From: Felis catus
Lineage: Eukaryota
Assembly: GCF_018350175.1 (NCBI RefSeq)
Contig: NC_058372.1
Coordinates: 75,020,001-75,084,000, forward strand
Direction: 5' to 3'
Length of the DNA stretch: 64,000 bases
Part shown: one piece after another, positions 25,255 through 36,902 of the stretch
Layout of the letters: the number at the start of each line of letters is the position of its first letter
Numbering within the stretch: the stretch's first letter is position 1
Notes under the pieces: model-generated
The model's database searches: none
Seen by the model: the letters and a program-made list of their open reading frames with translations, nothing else
Told to the model about the DNA's origin: nothing
Position numbers and translations under genes: made by a program

Positions 25255-26096
25255 GGTGAAAAGTGCCTAATCCAGAATGTGCAATTTCTCAGTATTTCAT
25301 AGTATTAATACATACAAGTATTTGTTTTTTTTTCTCCACCAAGACCTTGGAGGTCAACAGGAGAAAAAAAATGGCTCAAACACAAGGTTTCAGGGTTGCC
25401 CCAAAGCAACACCTCCACCTCTGGAGATTTGGAGCTCAGCTGGGAGTTCTGAAAGCCGCAGCATTACAGACTGCGAGCCCAGGCCGCACGCCGGCATCCA
25501 GGGCGCCTCTGCCATGCGCATGTCCCGCTTATATAAAAAGATGCTTACAGTCCAGGTGCTTTTTCTTGGGGCCCATCACTTCATGAGTGGTGGCTTTGCA
25601 GACCGCTCTCGCAACAGCGGAGCCTGTCACGCTGTATTGAGCGGCGGCGATCCGATCCGTGAGCGTTTGGCCCGACATCTTCTCCGGCCAAGTCTATCGC
25701 CTCCTCTTCTGCGGGAAAGAAGGGGAGATGGTCCTGCTTGAAACCCGCAGACCCTACCCTCCGAGCAGCCCGGCCCTGCCTCCTCCAGCCGCACGGCGGC
25801 TCCCTTCTCCTCCGTCCCCGCCCTGGTACCACCTCTAGGAGCTAGCAAAGCGCTAAGCCCCTCTCTTGCGACGCGATCTAAGGGTCTTGAACCAGAGTAG
25901 GTCTGTCACGGAGCCCCCTCCGGTTCCAGCCTCGTAACACCGTCCCCATCCCACTCCCCGTGCCTCCCACCTCACCCCTCCGGCGCCCCCCTCCCCCCCA
26001 ATCAGCACTTCGCCTGCAACCTGATCCCCGCGTGTCCGACCAGCTCCGGCGTGCGTCGGGGTTATTCCCTCGGCACCGCGCCCACCGTGTGCCCAC

Positions 26097-26280
26097 CTCT
26101 CGCTTGCCCGCCGCAGCGTTTCTTCCCAGTAGCCCGCAGGCTCCGGGGTCTGAATCGGATACCCAAGCCCTGGCCGTTTCCCTCCTCCTCCTCCTCCTCG
26201 CGCTGCTGCAGCAGTGGGCTCGTCCTCCTTCGGGCGCGGTGGAGATTATCCTAGCATTGCGCCATATTATGCCCTCTCCT
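26097..26280 (-). other. Possible alternative non-coding first exon
   Basis: Sense-oriented YY1 motif AATATGGCG near its start, a (GGA)n run, and donor-like GAG|GTGGGC at 26097/26096. Confidence 0.35.
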
Positions 26281-26598
26281 CCCTTTCCTTCCTCACCGCC
26301 GCCTCCAAAGGCCCGCCGAGGCCCTACGCCCGGGTCCCCTCCCCTCGCCCCCAAATCCCCGCCGCAGGGGCCGCCCGGGGGCTCTGCGGAGGCGCCGGAG
26401 TCTCTCGGCGCCTCGCCCTTCCTGGCAGTGGAGCAGAGACGGGCTGACAGCCCAGCCCAGCCCCCCGCCCGCAATCGAGCGCGCCACGGAGCTGTCACCC
26501 AGTCGCTGCCCTTCTCCGCGCCCCAGGATTATCCTCTCAGGATCCGCGCGCTGCCCTGGCGCGGAGGAGGGGGCCGAGCAGGGGCCGCGGGTACTCAC

Positions 26599-27170
26599 CC
26601 CGCCCCGGGAGCGGCGCCTCCCGCCGCAGGATAAGCGGAGCCCGGGCCGCCGAGGGAAGCCGCGCCGGGTGGGTGTGTGCGGCCGCGCGCGGAGCCGGTG
26701 CCCCGGGGCGCGATGCCTCCTGCCCTAGCCCGGCCCCCCGCCCTCCACTCCGCGGTCCCTGCGCCCGCCGCCCGTGGCCCCAGAAGCCTGTACCCGCCCG
26801 CCGCCGCCGCCTCCTCCGCCGGCGCTGCCGCGTCTCTCTAGCGATCCGCGCCGCGTTCCCATCCCCGCCCCCACCTCAGCTGTGGCTGCTCCAACGAGTC
26901 AGGTGACGACGGCGGACTAACCCGGGCGAGCTCTCCGCGGAGCTCCTCGCGGCCCCCTCCCAGCTACTCACACACGCCGCGCCCCCCCCCCGCACCCCCG
27001 AGACGGCCGGCTTACAGGCAAGGGGGCGCCGCGCGCGAGCATCCCCGGCCGGCGCGAGACAAGAAGAAGGAGGCGGGATGGCTGGGAGGCCGACACCCAC
27101 CAGCCAACCACCCTCCGCGAGGCGCCCAGCAGCCCCTCCGCCTGCTAGACCCGCACCCGGCACGCACTGC
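26599..27170 (-). other. Non-coding first exon (5'UTR) of an unidentified minus-strand gene; TSS position uncertain
   Basis: Consensus donor GG|GTGAGTAC at 26599/26598 inside the CpG island; G-skew and (GGC)n on the minus strand; no downstream coding exon in the window. Confidence 0.65.
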
Positions 27171-28084
27171 GTGCGCGCGCACCGCGCACACCTGCGCGGC
27201 TACTGCGGGATTCGCGGAGGGCGGCGGGGGCGTTGGAGCAGCCCTGCCAGTGGGCTTCTCGAGTGCTGCCGTGAAGGCCAAGGTTCGGGCGTCGTCGCGC
27301 GCTGCCTGGCAGAGCCCAGCCCTTTCTCCTCTACATTCTGTCTCTGACACGCCCGCCTGTCCAAGGCTGCCTTGGCCCAGAAGGGCAGGGCGATTTAAAT
27401 GTCAGATTCTGCAGGCACACGGTGCCCGTTGTCTGTGCCTCCTTAACTCCTTGGAGCTCCTCTACTTTTTTCAGTTACGTTTGGGAGCTGGGGTGGGCAG
27501 GTAATTCTAGCCATTTTGGTCTTAAACGGCTACTGAGGTCTGCTGCAAGTGCGAATACTGAACAAAACCAGCAGTCAAGGCCCAGATTATATCCACAGTA
27601 ATTAATTGGTTGTGTAAGGAAAACTCTTTGTATCCTTAAAAAGTAACATCTGCCAATTAAATACAGTGTTTGAAGGTCTTAAGTATATTTGAATTGCATA
27701 CAAGAATTTCTAAACAGGGTTTTGGGCTGGGTTAATAGTATCACGTGTTCACGTTTTCCAAGATTGTTATTTATTGTAATCTTAAAAAAAAAACAAAACA
27801 AAACCTTTTACACTCTCAAAGTAGAATCAAGATCGGAACTTAAGTTGTGAATTTTTTTGATGTTTTTTTCTGGCTACAGGTGGCCACTATTGGGCCTTAA
27901 GGCCTTAAAATGTCTACCTATAGATAGCAAGTTTCTGTTGTGTACTCCTGTTACCTGGCACAGTGTTCACTATGAAGTCATGATTTCATAGCTGTTGGGA
28001 CTGATTCTAGCATTAGATAGAAGCCTGATGGGTAAAGAAAGATACCCTAAGACCACCATTCTTGAGTTTCAGATACCAGTCTTA

Positions 28085-28608
28085 CCATATGATCTGCCAA
28101 TACAACACCTAGATGTTTGTCCAAGAGAAATAAAAACACATTTCATTTTAGAAACATGTACCCAAATTTTGTAGTAGCTTTATAGAATGGCTCCACATTG
28201 AAAGAAACCCAAATGCTATTGTACTGGCAAATAGGTAAACAAAATGTGGTCTGTTCACACAATGGAATGCTATTAAGCAATAATAAAGAACAAACTAACA
28301 ACGTGGTTGAAAATACATTATGTTAAATCAAAGAAGCCCAAACCCCAAATGCTATTTGCTGTGATTCCATATATATGACATTCCAAAAAGGAAAAACTAT
28401 AGAGACAGAAAGCATATCAGATGGCAGGAGTGGGGGAAAGAATGACCACAAAGAGATAGCAGGTAACTTTTTGGAGGGATGGAAATGCTCTATATCATAA
28501 ATTGTGATGATGGCTACACAACTTCTTGTATTTCTCTTAAGTGCATCAATTTATACACTTAAAATTGATGAATTTTATTATATGTAAATTATACCTCAAT
28601 AAATCTGA
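28085..28608 (+). mobile_element. Old L1 (L1MC/MD-type) 3' end
   Basis: aaacccaaatg...acaaaatgtggtctgttcacacaatggaatgcta...tgtaaattatacctcaataaa. Confidence 0.8.
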
Positions 28609-29640
28609 TGAAAGGAACTGGAGTGATGATATTAATATACAAAGTAGGCTTCAGAGTAAGAAATATTAGTACAGATAAAGAGGCACATTTAATAATGATA
28701 AAAATTCATCAGGCATATGTAATAATCCTACACATTTATATACCTAGGAGCAGAGCTTAAAAATAAGGTAAAACAAAAAACTAAGACCTTTAAAAGGTTA
28801 GATAGACAAATCCACAATTATATTTGAGGATTTCAACACTCTTGTCTTGATTGGTAATGATAGGACAGGTAGATAGAAAATCAGTAAGGGTATAGATGAC
28901 TTGAAATAACCATATAAACATTTGACCTAGTTGATATTTATAAAGAACTCCACCCAACAACAGCAGTTTCTTTTCGAGAACACGTGGAACATTCACCGGG
29001 ATAGACTACCTTCTGGGCCACAAAGCTAGTCACATAAATTTAAAAGAATTACAATCATAGAAACTGTTTTGTCTTACTACTGTGGAATTTAATTAAAATT
29101 TAATAACAGATATCTGAAAATACCTGAATATTTGATAATTAAACAACACATTCTAAATAACCAATGGATCTAACTTTCCTGTAAGAAAATTTACTTTTAA
29201 ACTGAATGATAATGAAAATTCAGCGTACCAAAAATTTATAGGGTGCAGGTAAAGAAGTGATTAGAGGGAAATTTATAGCATTAAAATGCTTATGTTCAGA
29301 ATGAAGAAAGACCTAAAAGCGACTATTTAAGTTTCAATCTTAAAAACCTAGAAAAAGAACAAATTAAATTCAGCATGAGCTTAAAGAAGGAAATAATAAA
29401 AATCAGTGAAAGAGCACATAGACAAATAATAGATAAAATCAATGAAACCAAAAGCTGGTTTTTTTGAGAAGACCAATGAAATTGATCAAGGAAAAAATTA
29501 GACTCATCAAAGAAAGAAAGAGATGCTACAAATCTCCAATGTTGGGAAAGAAAGGAAAAATAGATCCCATGGACATTAAAAGGATAAGAGAATGTTATGG
29601 AAAACATTATGCAAATTAGACAATTTTCATGAAATAGGAA
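28609..29640 (+). mobile_element. Old L1 ORF2 endonuclease-region fragment
   Basis: Decayed GV.ILI..K...DKE.H.IMIK, GDFNT-like (gaggatttcaacact) and KINETKSWFFE text. Confidence 0.8.
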
Positions 29641-29651
29641 ACAGAGTAGAA

Positions 29652-29875
29652 TAGTGGTTCTCCAACATTCCACTAGTAATGTCATGTCACATACAATGCT
29701 ATTAATTAAGAGGTTTTTGTAACATGTTTCAGTAATGGTTAAAATAATACAGTCTGTGAGTGATTTACTTTTCAAAATTAAATTGGAGTAGATTCATGGT
29801 CAATCCTATAATAGTGTGAGATCACAGATAGTTATTTATGTACAGATAGCACTGTGAAGTGTGAGAAACCATAGT
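29652..29875. mobile_element. Possible hAT-type MITE
   Basis: Terminal-inverted-repeat-like ends tagtggttctc ... gagaaaccatag. Confidence 0.35.
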
Positions 29876-31284
29876 CTGTCTCTGGTGTCCTGCCCATGTC
29901 TCCGCTGGTATGCATGGGAGAGTATCCCACACATGGACATCCTTCTGTCATGAATGGCAGCAGAAAAACGTTTGAAAATCTGCAAACTGTAGAAGTGTCA
30001 TATATAAATTAGTAAATTATGTCAAGGGTAGAACCAACTTTTGAAATGTTATTGTTTTGGAAGACGGTCTTACTGAGCTTTAGAAATAATAACATGTTTG
30101 CAGTGGCAAAGATTAAGAAATGCCAGGTTCTTATATCTAGGAAAACCTAGGAATATAGCCATGAATGTTGTATATGATATTGAAAGAAAGAAAATTGATC
30201 CAAAGATAGAAATGCATTGAGGGGAGGAAAAATGGTTCGTTATCAGTATATTCCCTTTGAAGATCCAGGAACACAATAAATAACATTGAGTAAATTTTAG
30301 TCAAGAACAGGCATTTACATTCAATACTTTTACAAACTGAAAAATCTTTTGATCTCTCTTAGTGGTCAGAAAAGAGGTTAAATACAATAGACATTCAGAA
30401 CGTGTTTTAAAAATACATATATTGAGCTTTTCTTTCTTAGTCAGTATACAGATATGTTACCACACAGATTTTTTTCCTAAATCTGATTTAATATACATGT
30501 TTTCTTCTGAGTATCGGATTTAATACATAAAAGCCAAACCAACAATGATGACATGTAGACACAATTTATATCAACACCTGAAGGCAAATGTCTTCAAGCT
30601 ATTGGTTTCAGTTTATTTGTAAGATACAACAAGATTAAGAGAAACTTTAATTCCTGATTTGCTCAGGCAACTAACTGAGGTGGTGTTGGAAGATTCACAT
30701 TTTTCTCTAAAACCTATAATGTCCTCCTTAAAGTAGTTTATAGGGTACTTTTATTCCAGGGATGCTTTTCTATCAAATTAGAAAAAAACACATGATGTGC
30801 AAAAATAATTATATTGGAATATAGCCACCCCCACACATAAATGTGACATATCTATCCAAACTCAAAAGCAACTGGCAACAAAAAGCAAGTTTTGATATCC
30901 TGAGTGTACTTGTATAGAGACAAAAAGATTGGTTTACTTTTATAAGGGGACAAATGAAAGAGACCATAAACCTGATGAGCATTGTAATGTAGCAAGAAAA
31001 TAGTAGGTTGTATAGAATATCAGTAAGATTGAGATATTTCATCCATGAAACCATTCAAGTTATTTAAGAATAAAAGTAAATGAAGAGATAGTATATTCCA
31101 AATCAGGACGAACAATATTTATTAAGTTTTGTTCTGCCTAACAGGTTAAAATGAATTCCATGGCAACCAGCATATTTGAAGGAACATGTACATCTTACAT
31201 GCATAATAAAAAAATAATTTAAATATGGTATTTTCATTTTGCTTCCCTGTTTTAAATCTAATACAGCCATTCTGGTTTCCTGTT

Positions 31285-31798
31285 GTTGTTCTGGTTACCT
31301 ATAATAAATTTTGTCTTAACAATAATTTTTAATTATGTTTCATAGTTCTGTGAATTAACAGGGCTCTGCTGGGTAGTTCTCCTTTGAAGTCTTTCATTTG
31401 GTTGTCATCAAATGACAGCCAGGGCTATCGGGCTGCCCAAGATGACTTATTTATTCATTCACATGTCTGGCAGTTGATGCTGGCTGTTCACTGAGAGCTC
31501 AGCTGAGGTTGGACCAGAGCACCAACACAGGGTAACTGTATGTGGCTTGGGTTCCTCATGTCAGAGTCCAGGGATGTCACGTTTATTACATGATGGCTGG
31601 CTTCCAAGAGGAAATGTTCCAAGGCGGAGTGTTCCAAGAAACTTTGGTAAAAGTTTAAGATTTCTTGTGACCTAACTCCAAGGTCATACAGCATCAGTTC
31701 TGTTCTATTCTATCAGCCAAAAGCATGTTACAAAGACAGCCCAGATTTAAAGGGAGAAGACTATCGCTGGGAAGTTCGTTGAAGGACCAACTACCACA
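31285..31798 (-). mobile_element. MaLR solo LTR (MLT1G/H-like)
   Basis: ctcatagttctg-like start, cagggctctgctgggtagttct, cacatgtctggcagttgatgctggctgtt, ends ctaccaca. Confidence 0.8.
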
Positions 31799-32069
31799 GC
31801 GATACACGAAAGTACACCTTTGTGAAGAACCTGTAAAGAGAAACCTGTACTCTCAGAAGTATGATAAGTGATTCACTTAAGATTTATTGAGAACTACTGA
31901 AAACTAATTGGAAACTGATTTTAAAAATGACTTGAGCATAAATTAAAATAACACAATGAATTTACTCTGGTTTGAATATTCTTTCCCATATCAGGCAAAG
32001 TCCTGCTCATTTTTCAAGACCCCTTGGCCAGCTGTATCATGACCTGCAAATCTCTTCCACATCCTCTAT

Positions 32070-32210
32070 TTTAGCCTTCTTTTCACAGATGAAGAAATTT
32101 AAGACTATAGAATTTAAGTGACTTTCCCTCTATCAGTCTGAGGTAATGGCATAACCAGTCCTAAACTCCACTTGTTGAACTTCCAATCCAGTGTTCTTTG
32201 CACTGTACCC
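32070..32210 (-). mobile_element. MIR fragment
   Basis: ttttcacagatgaagaaatttaagactatagaatttaagtgactttccc. Confidence 0.65.
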
Positions 32211-32309
32211 ATTGCTTCTGATAAAGATATAATAACGTTATGATAGACTCTCATTTCATTATATTAATTAGGTCCTTAGTCAGAAAAGTCCTTTTTAAAA
32301 TGTGTTGGC

Positions 32310-32590
32310 AGGAAAGTATGGTAGCTAATATCTTAGGTTATTGAATTAGACAAGTCCTGGTTTGAGTTCCTGGCATTGGCCCTTACTAGCTGCTTGACTT
32401 TGGGCAAATTCTGCAGACTCTAGGGCTTTTCGTCATCTCCAAAATGATTTTTCCTCATCTACAAAATGGCCACAATCATAATATCTACTTCAAAGGACTG
32501 TTATTACCATCAAATGTGATAATGGCATATACAGCCAATAACACAGTGTGTGGCATACAGCAAAAGCCCAATAAATGGGATTAATAGTAC
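32310..32590 (+). mobile_element. MIR, near full length
   Basis: agacaagtcctggtttgagttcctggc...ttactagctgcttgactttgggcaaatt...ttcctcatctacaaaatgg. Confidence 0.75.
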
Positions 32591-32729
32591 TCAGTAGTTA
32601 TTGGTGGAGTAATTGATTTTATTATTTTGTTAATTTATGGTTACATTATATTTTTATTATTTTATTATTTGGAACTACAATTCAAGTTTATATGGCTCTC
32701 TGATAAATATACTATTCTACTAGTGTTTC

Positions 32730-32964
32730 TTTTTTTTATTAAAAAATGTTTTTAACATTTATTCATTTTTGACAGAGAGAGTGCAAGCGGGGGGGGGGGG
32801 GGAGGTGGGGCAGAGAGAGAGAGAGGGAGACACAGAACCCATAGCAGGCTCCAGGCTCTGAGCTGTTAGCACAGAGCCTGACTTGGGGCTCAAACGCACG
32901 GATGGCGAGATCATGACCTGAGCTGAAGGAAGACGCTTAACCAACTGAGCCACCCAGGCTCCCC
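32730..32964 (-). mobile_element. Felid CAN-SINE
   Basis: Full length; TSD tactagt; internal G run. Confidence 0.95.
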
Positions 32965-33374
32965 TACTAGTATCATTTCTAAAGTGAGAAAATAATAATT
33001 TACCTTGTTCCTGAGATATAAAACCAGATCACTTCCAATATCATCATGGGTGGGACTAAGCTCCTATTAGTCTTAGAGAACTAGAGTAGAAAACACATAC
33101 ATATGCAAATAGTCGTCACGCAACAATGCTGTAACAAACTACAGCTCCTACTTTCTTTTTTCTCAATCTAAAGTGATACTTTCAAGGAAATTTTGTGGGG
33201 TGAAAAGAATTTTCTTGGAGAAAGGAGAGGATTAATCAGGAAAGTCTGTCTGGAGAAGGAAGTTTCCCAAATAAACTCTTAACTTAAAAGCTTGTGAGGG
33301 CTGAGCTCGTGTGCCTCACCTTCCAGAAGTCTATCTCTTTAAGTTTTCCTCTCATTATCTTACTTTCTCCTCTA

Positions 33375-33559
33375 TTTTTTATTTATTTTTGAGAGAGCAG
33401 AAGTAGGGTAGGGGCAGGGAATGAAAGGACAGAGGATCCGAAGAGGGCTCTACGCTGACAGCAGCAAGCGAGCCCATTGCGGGGCTTGAACTCAGGAACC
33501 ATGAGATCGTCACTTGAGCCAAAGTCAGATGCTCAACCAACTGAGTCACCCAAGTGTCC
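33375..33559 (-). mobile_element. CAN-SINE
   Basis: Head/body/tail present; TSD cctctattttt. Confidence 0.9.
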
Positions 33560-34246
33560 TTTCCTCTATTTTTGGTCGTTGTTTGTATTTGTCTACAGCT
33601 CAGTTTACATCCTGAGCTGCTTAGCACGAGTGACTTGGGCTCACTTGATAATCCATTGCGTGGGTGCTATAGAAGAAGGCCATGCACTTGTCTCAGTACA
33701 GCTCCAGGAACACAGCAGTGTGCTGGGAGAAGATCTGGTATTCTCACACTCTCTCAAATTGTGTAACTGGAACATACGCATTACTGGCCAGTTTTAAAAG
33801 TTCTCTTGGCAAAAAGAATTACTTAGATCAACTACAATCATAATTATAGAATTATCAACTATAATTATATCAGCCAACCATTTCTGTTTCTCCGGTAAAG
33901 ACAACATTAAAGAGCAATGGAAAGTTTAGGCTATCTGATGTTCAGTATAACCAGATGAGAATGAGCTGCTGTGTTACTGTTTAAACTAATTTTGAATGGA
34001 ACAAGGAAGGCCTTACTCTTTCTAGAGCACAATCCATTTAACAATATTATTTCTCTACTTGCCGTATTTTTCTTTGTCCAAGGACTTAGGCTTTAACCAC
34101 CTAAGAGTCATTATAAAGGACAGAGCATTGCCATGGGAGGTTTAGCAAGTTAGAGGACTCCACATGTATAGTTTCTTCTCATACTCATATTAGACTTATG
34201 CTAGAATATTGCCAAATTAAGCTTCAAATAAAAGTATAATGAAACA

Positions 34247-34470
34247 GGGGTGCCTGGGTAGCTCAGTCAGTGAAGCATTTGGCTCTTGGTTTTGGCTCAG
34301 GTCATGATCTCAAGGTCATGGGATCGAGCCCCTAGTCAGGCTTGACACTGAGAGTGGATCCTGCTTGGAATTCTCTCTCTCCTTCCCTCTCTCTCTGCCC
34401 CTCCCCAGCTTGCACGCATACTTGCACTCACTCTCTCTCTCTCAAAATGAATAAATAAACTTTTTAAAAA
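34247..34470 (+). mobile_element. CAN-SINE
   Basis: TSD aaaagt(a/g)taatgaaaca. Confidence 0.95.
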
Positions 34471-35171
34471 AGTGTAATGAAACAAAATATATAAATTCGT
34501 TTTTTAAAAATGTTAGTTTGGAGAACCAAATTTTCAACAGAGGATCACATTTTCACGTTTAAGTAAAAAATAGATTTAAAAAAGTGCTAGAATGCAATTA
34601 TTACCTACGGAGAAACTAAAGTTGAGTTGGTTGTTGTAATTCTCCAAATTTATGGCCATTATTGACTTGATCAATGGAAAACTTCACCTTAAGATTTTGT
34701 CTTTTTCAACCTAAAACTGGTTTAATTCTGTTGTCATTATAAATGATTTTAGATGTAGTCATAAAAACAAAACTCAGGAAATTCTCTGGCATCACCACTC
34801 ATCATTTATAGAATGATGCTGGTTATGCCTCTATATTGATGTTTTTAAAGGGGCAGGTTCAAAGATGAGTATTTGGTTTAATGACACCTGAATCAATGTC
34901 AGCGGTGCATCTCTTAGATCTGCTGGATGTGAAGAGACAGCTAATTTGTTTTCATTGTTACTGACTTTATTCTACAGCCCCTGTCAACTTCACTCAGGAT
35001 TTTGCTGTTAAGAAACAATGAACACTGACAACACAAGAAAACTCCAAAGTTTCCATTTTGAGGGCAAAAGCAATGAAATGTGAATCAAATAAGTAGGTCA
35101 ATAAACTTAGTATTTATGCAGCATTGTTTCCTAAGATTATCAAAATATTTCTCATTAATAGTCCACAAAAT

Positions 35172-35363
35172 TTTTAAAAATGTTTATTTATTTCTTTGAG
35201 AGACAGGGAGGTGGAGAGGGGCAGGCAGAGAGGGAAAGAGAATCCCAAACAGGCTCAGCCCAATGGGGGCTCGACGTGGGACTTGATCTCATGAACAGTG
35301 AGATCACAACGTGAGCCCAAATCAAGAGTCAGATGCTTAGCTGAGTGGCCACCCAGATGTCCC
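35172..35363 (-). mobile_element. CAN-SINE
   Basis: TSD aa(t/c)agtccacaaaatttt. Confidence 0.92.
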
Positions 35364-36405
35364 AACAGTCCACAAAATTTTGAAGATGTACACATTTCAT
35401 TATATTTTGAAGATGTAATGTACATACTGTTGCTTGTATCTTCAACATTTTGTTGGCTTGGTGATACCCAGTGAGGGACATGATTTGGCAGATGCAAACT
35501 TTATTGCTGGTTGCTGTCCTATGCACTTGGAGATGTTGTCAATTATCATTTCCACATGGTTCCTATTAGGGAGCCATAGTCCATTCTCAACTGTGTATAT
35601 AAATATTGTTGATTGATTTCCAACTATAGGAATGGTTGGTGTGGCTACTTCTGTTTGAGACCTGCCTCAGATACACAACGTTTGCTCATAAGCCCTTGAT
35701 GGTAATTACATCTGCTCAAATACGTCATCTTTCAGGGGCTATAATCCCCCAGCAGCCCACATCCTTGCCACTTACTCGGCGTCAGTAAGTCCTTAAAATA
35801 TCTCCTGTGCTTTTCTCTAGTTGCAGTTGTCTGAGTTTCAGCTAGCAATCATGGAGGTATTTCCATATCCTCATCCTCATCTGATATACTTCCTACAGCT
35901 CTGTGTATAAAGAATCACTTTAATGACAAGGATCTGTCCACAGTCAAGGAACTCATTGCTGAAGAGTCATGGTTGCCACTTTGTTCTCCATTGTGACCAT
36001 CTTAAAGGCTGAATGTGACATTTATGATAGATTTAAGTGTTACTTTCATCTGGAAGTGTAGACAGATATCTCTGAAGCATGATACCTTGCCAGTTTTTAA
36101 CTTTGCCAGCTTCATCTTGGTCTCCTTGATTCAGGAAGCCAAGGCCCCTATCATCAGACAATACTTTATGGCTTTCAGCCCCACCGAGTAGGTGAGAAGT
36201 CCTGATTGTAGTAGGGCTACCTCAAAGAAGCTTGTCTGAAATCAGGTCAGTAGAGATATGCTTGTTCCATGGTTAGCAAATTTCTTTCTACATGGAAACT
36301 TCAAGAGGAATAGCACTTGGCAGAGTTTTATGAGAAATAAAAGAACATGAGCTACCTTCACAATGCTGAAGGATATCGTGGGCTAATGGAATGAAAGACT
36401 TTCTT

Positions 36406-36629
36406 TTTTTTTTTTAATTTTTTTTTCAACGTTTATTTATTTTTGGGACAGAGAGAGACAGAGCATGAACGGGGGAGGGGCAGAGAGAGAGGGAGACACA
36501 GAATCGGAAACAGGCTCCAGGCTCTGAGCCGTCAGCCCAGAGCCCGATGCGGGGCTCGAACTCACGGACCGCGAGATCGTGACCTGGCTGAAGTCGAACG
36601 CTTAACCGACTGCGCCACCCAGGCGCCCC
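36406..36629 (-). mobile_element. Very young felid CAN-SINE
   Basis: ggcgcagtcggttaagcg/cagccagg/gtcccaaaa subfamily marks; CpGs intact; perfect 22-bp TSD. Confidence 0.98.
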
Positions 36630-36693
36630 TAATGGAATGAAAGACTTTCTTACAGGTGTGGAAGAATGTTCTGGCACAATCTATGTCTATTGT

Positions 36694-36902
36694 CTTTTTT
36701 TTTTAATGTTTATTTATTTTTGACAGAGAGACAGAGCATGAGCGGGGGGAGGGGCAGAGAGAGGGAGACACAGAATCCGAAGCAGGCTCCAGGCTCCGAG
36801 CTGTCAGTACAGAGCCTGACGTGGGGCTTGAACTCACAGACCGCGAGATCATGACCTGAGCCGAAGTCGGACACTCACCCGACTGAGCCACCCAGGTGCC
36901 CC
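36694..36902 (-). mobile_element. Felid CAN-SINE
   Basis: TSD tatgtctattgt. Confidence 0.97.

Larger units (their letters stand above)
25450..27430. promoter_or_regulatory. CpG island promoter
   Basis: Abrupt switch to very GC- and CpG-rich sequence; GC boxes (CCCCGCCC 26863), NRF1-like TGCGCATG 25515 and GCGTGCGCGC near 27168, YY1 CGCCATATT 26260. Confidence 0.95.

Noticed and set aside
27015-27032. CTCF site (AGGGGGCGC core)
   Set aside because: The 5' half fits poorly and such cores are common in GC-rich DNA
25450-27430. Naming the gene (architecture recalls genes with a non-coding exon 1 and long intron 1 in CNE-rich regions, e.g. CSNK1G3 or ZNF644)
   Set aside because: There is no coding exon in the window and I cannot verify the 5'UTR from memory; BLAT is needed
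25263-27504. Long overlapping ORFs (up to 224 aa) in the CpG island
   Set aside because: They occur in all frames, mostly have non-ATG starts, are Pro/Arg/Gly/Ala low complexity and show no domain; this is expected from stop-poor GC-rich DNA
33827-33872. Short imperfect direct repeats (atcaacta.aat; also gaaaatatgta x2 near 54628)
   Set aside because: Simple slippage duplications; no array or spacer structure, and no CRISPR-like organisation
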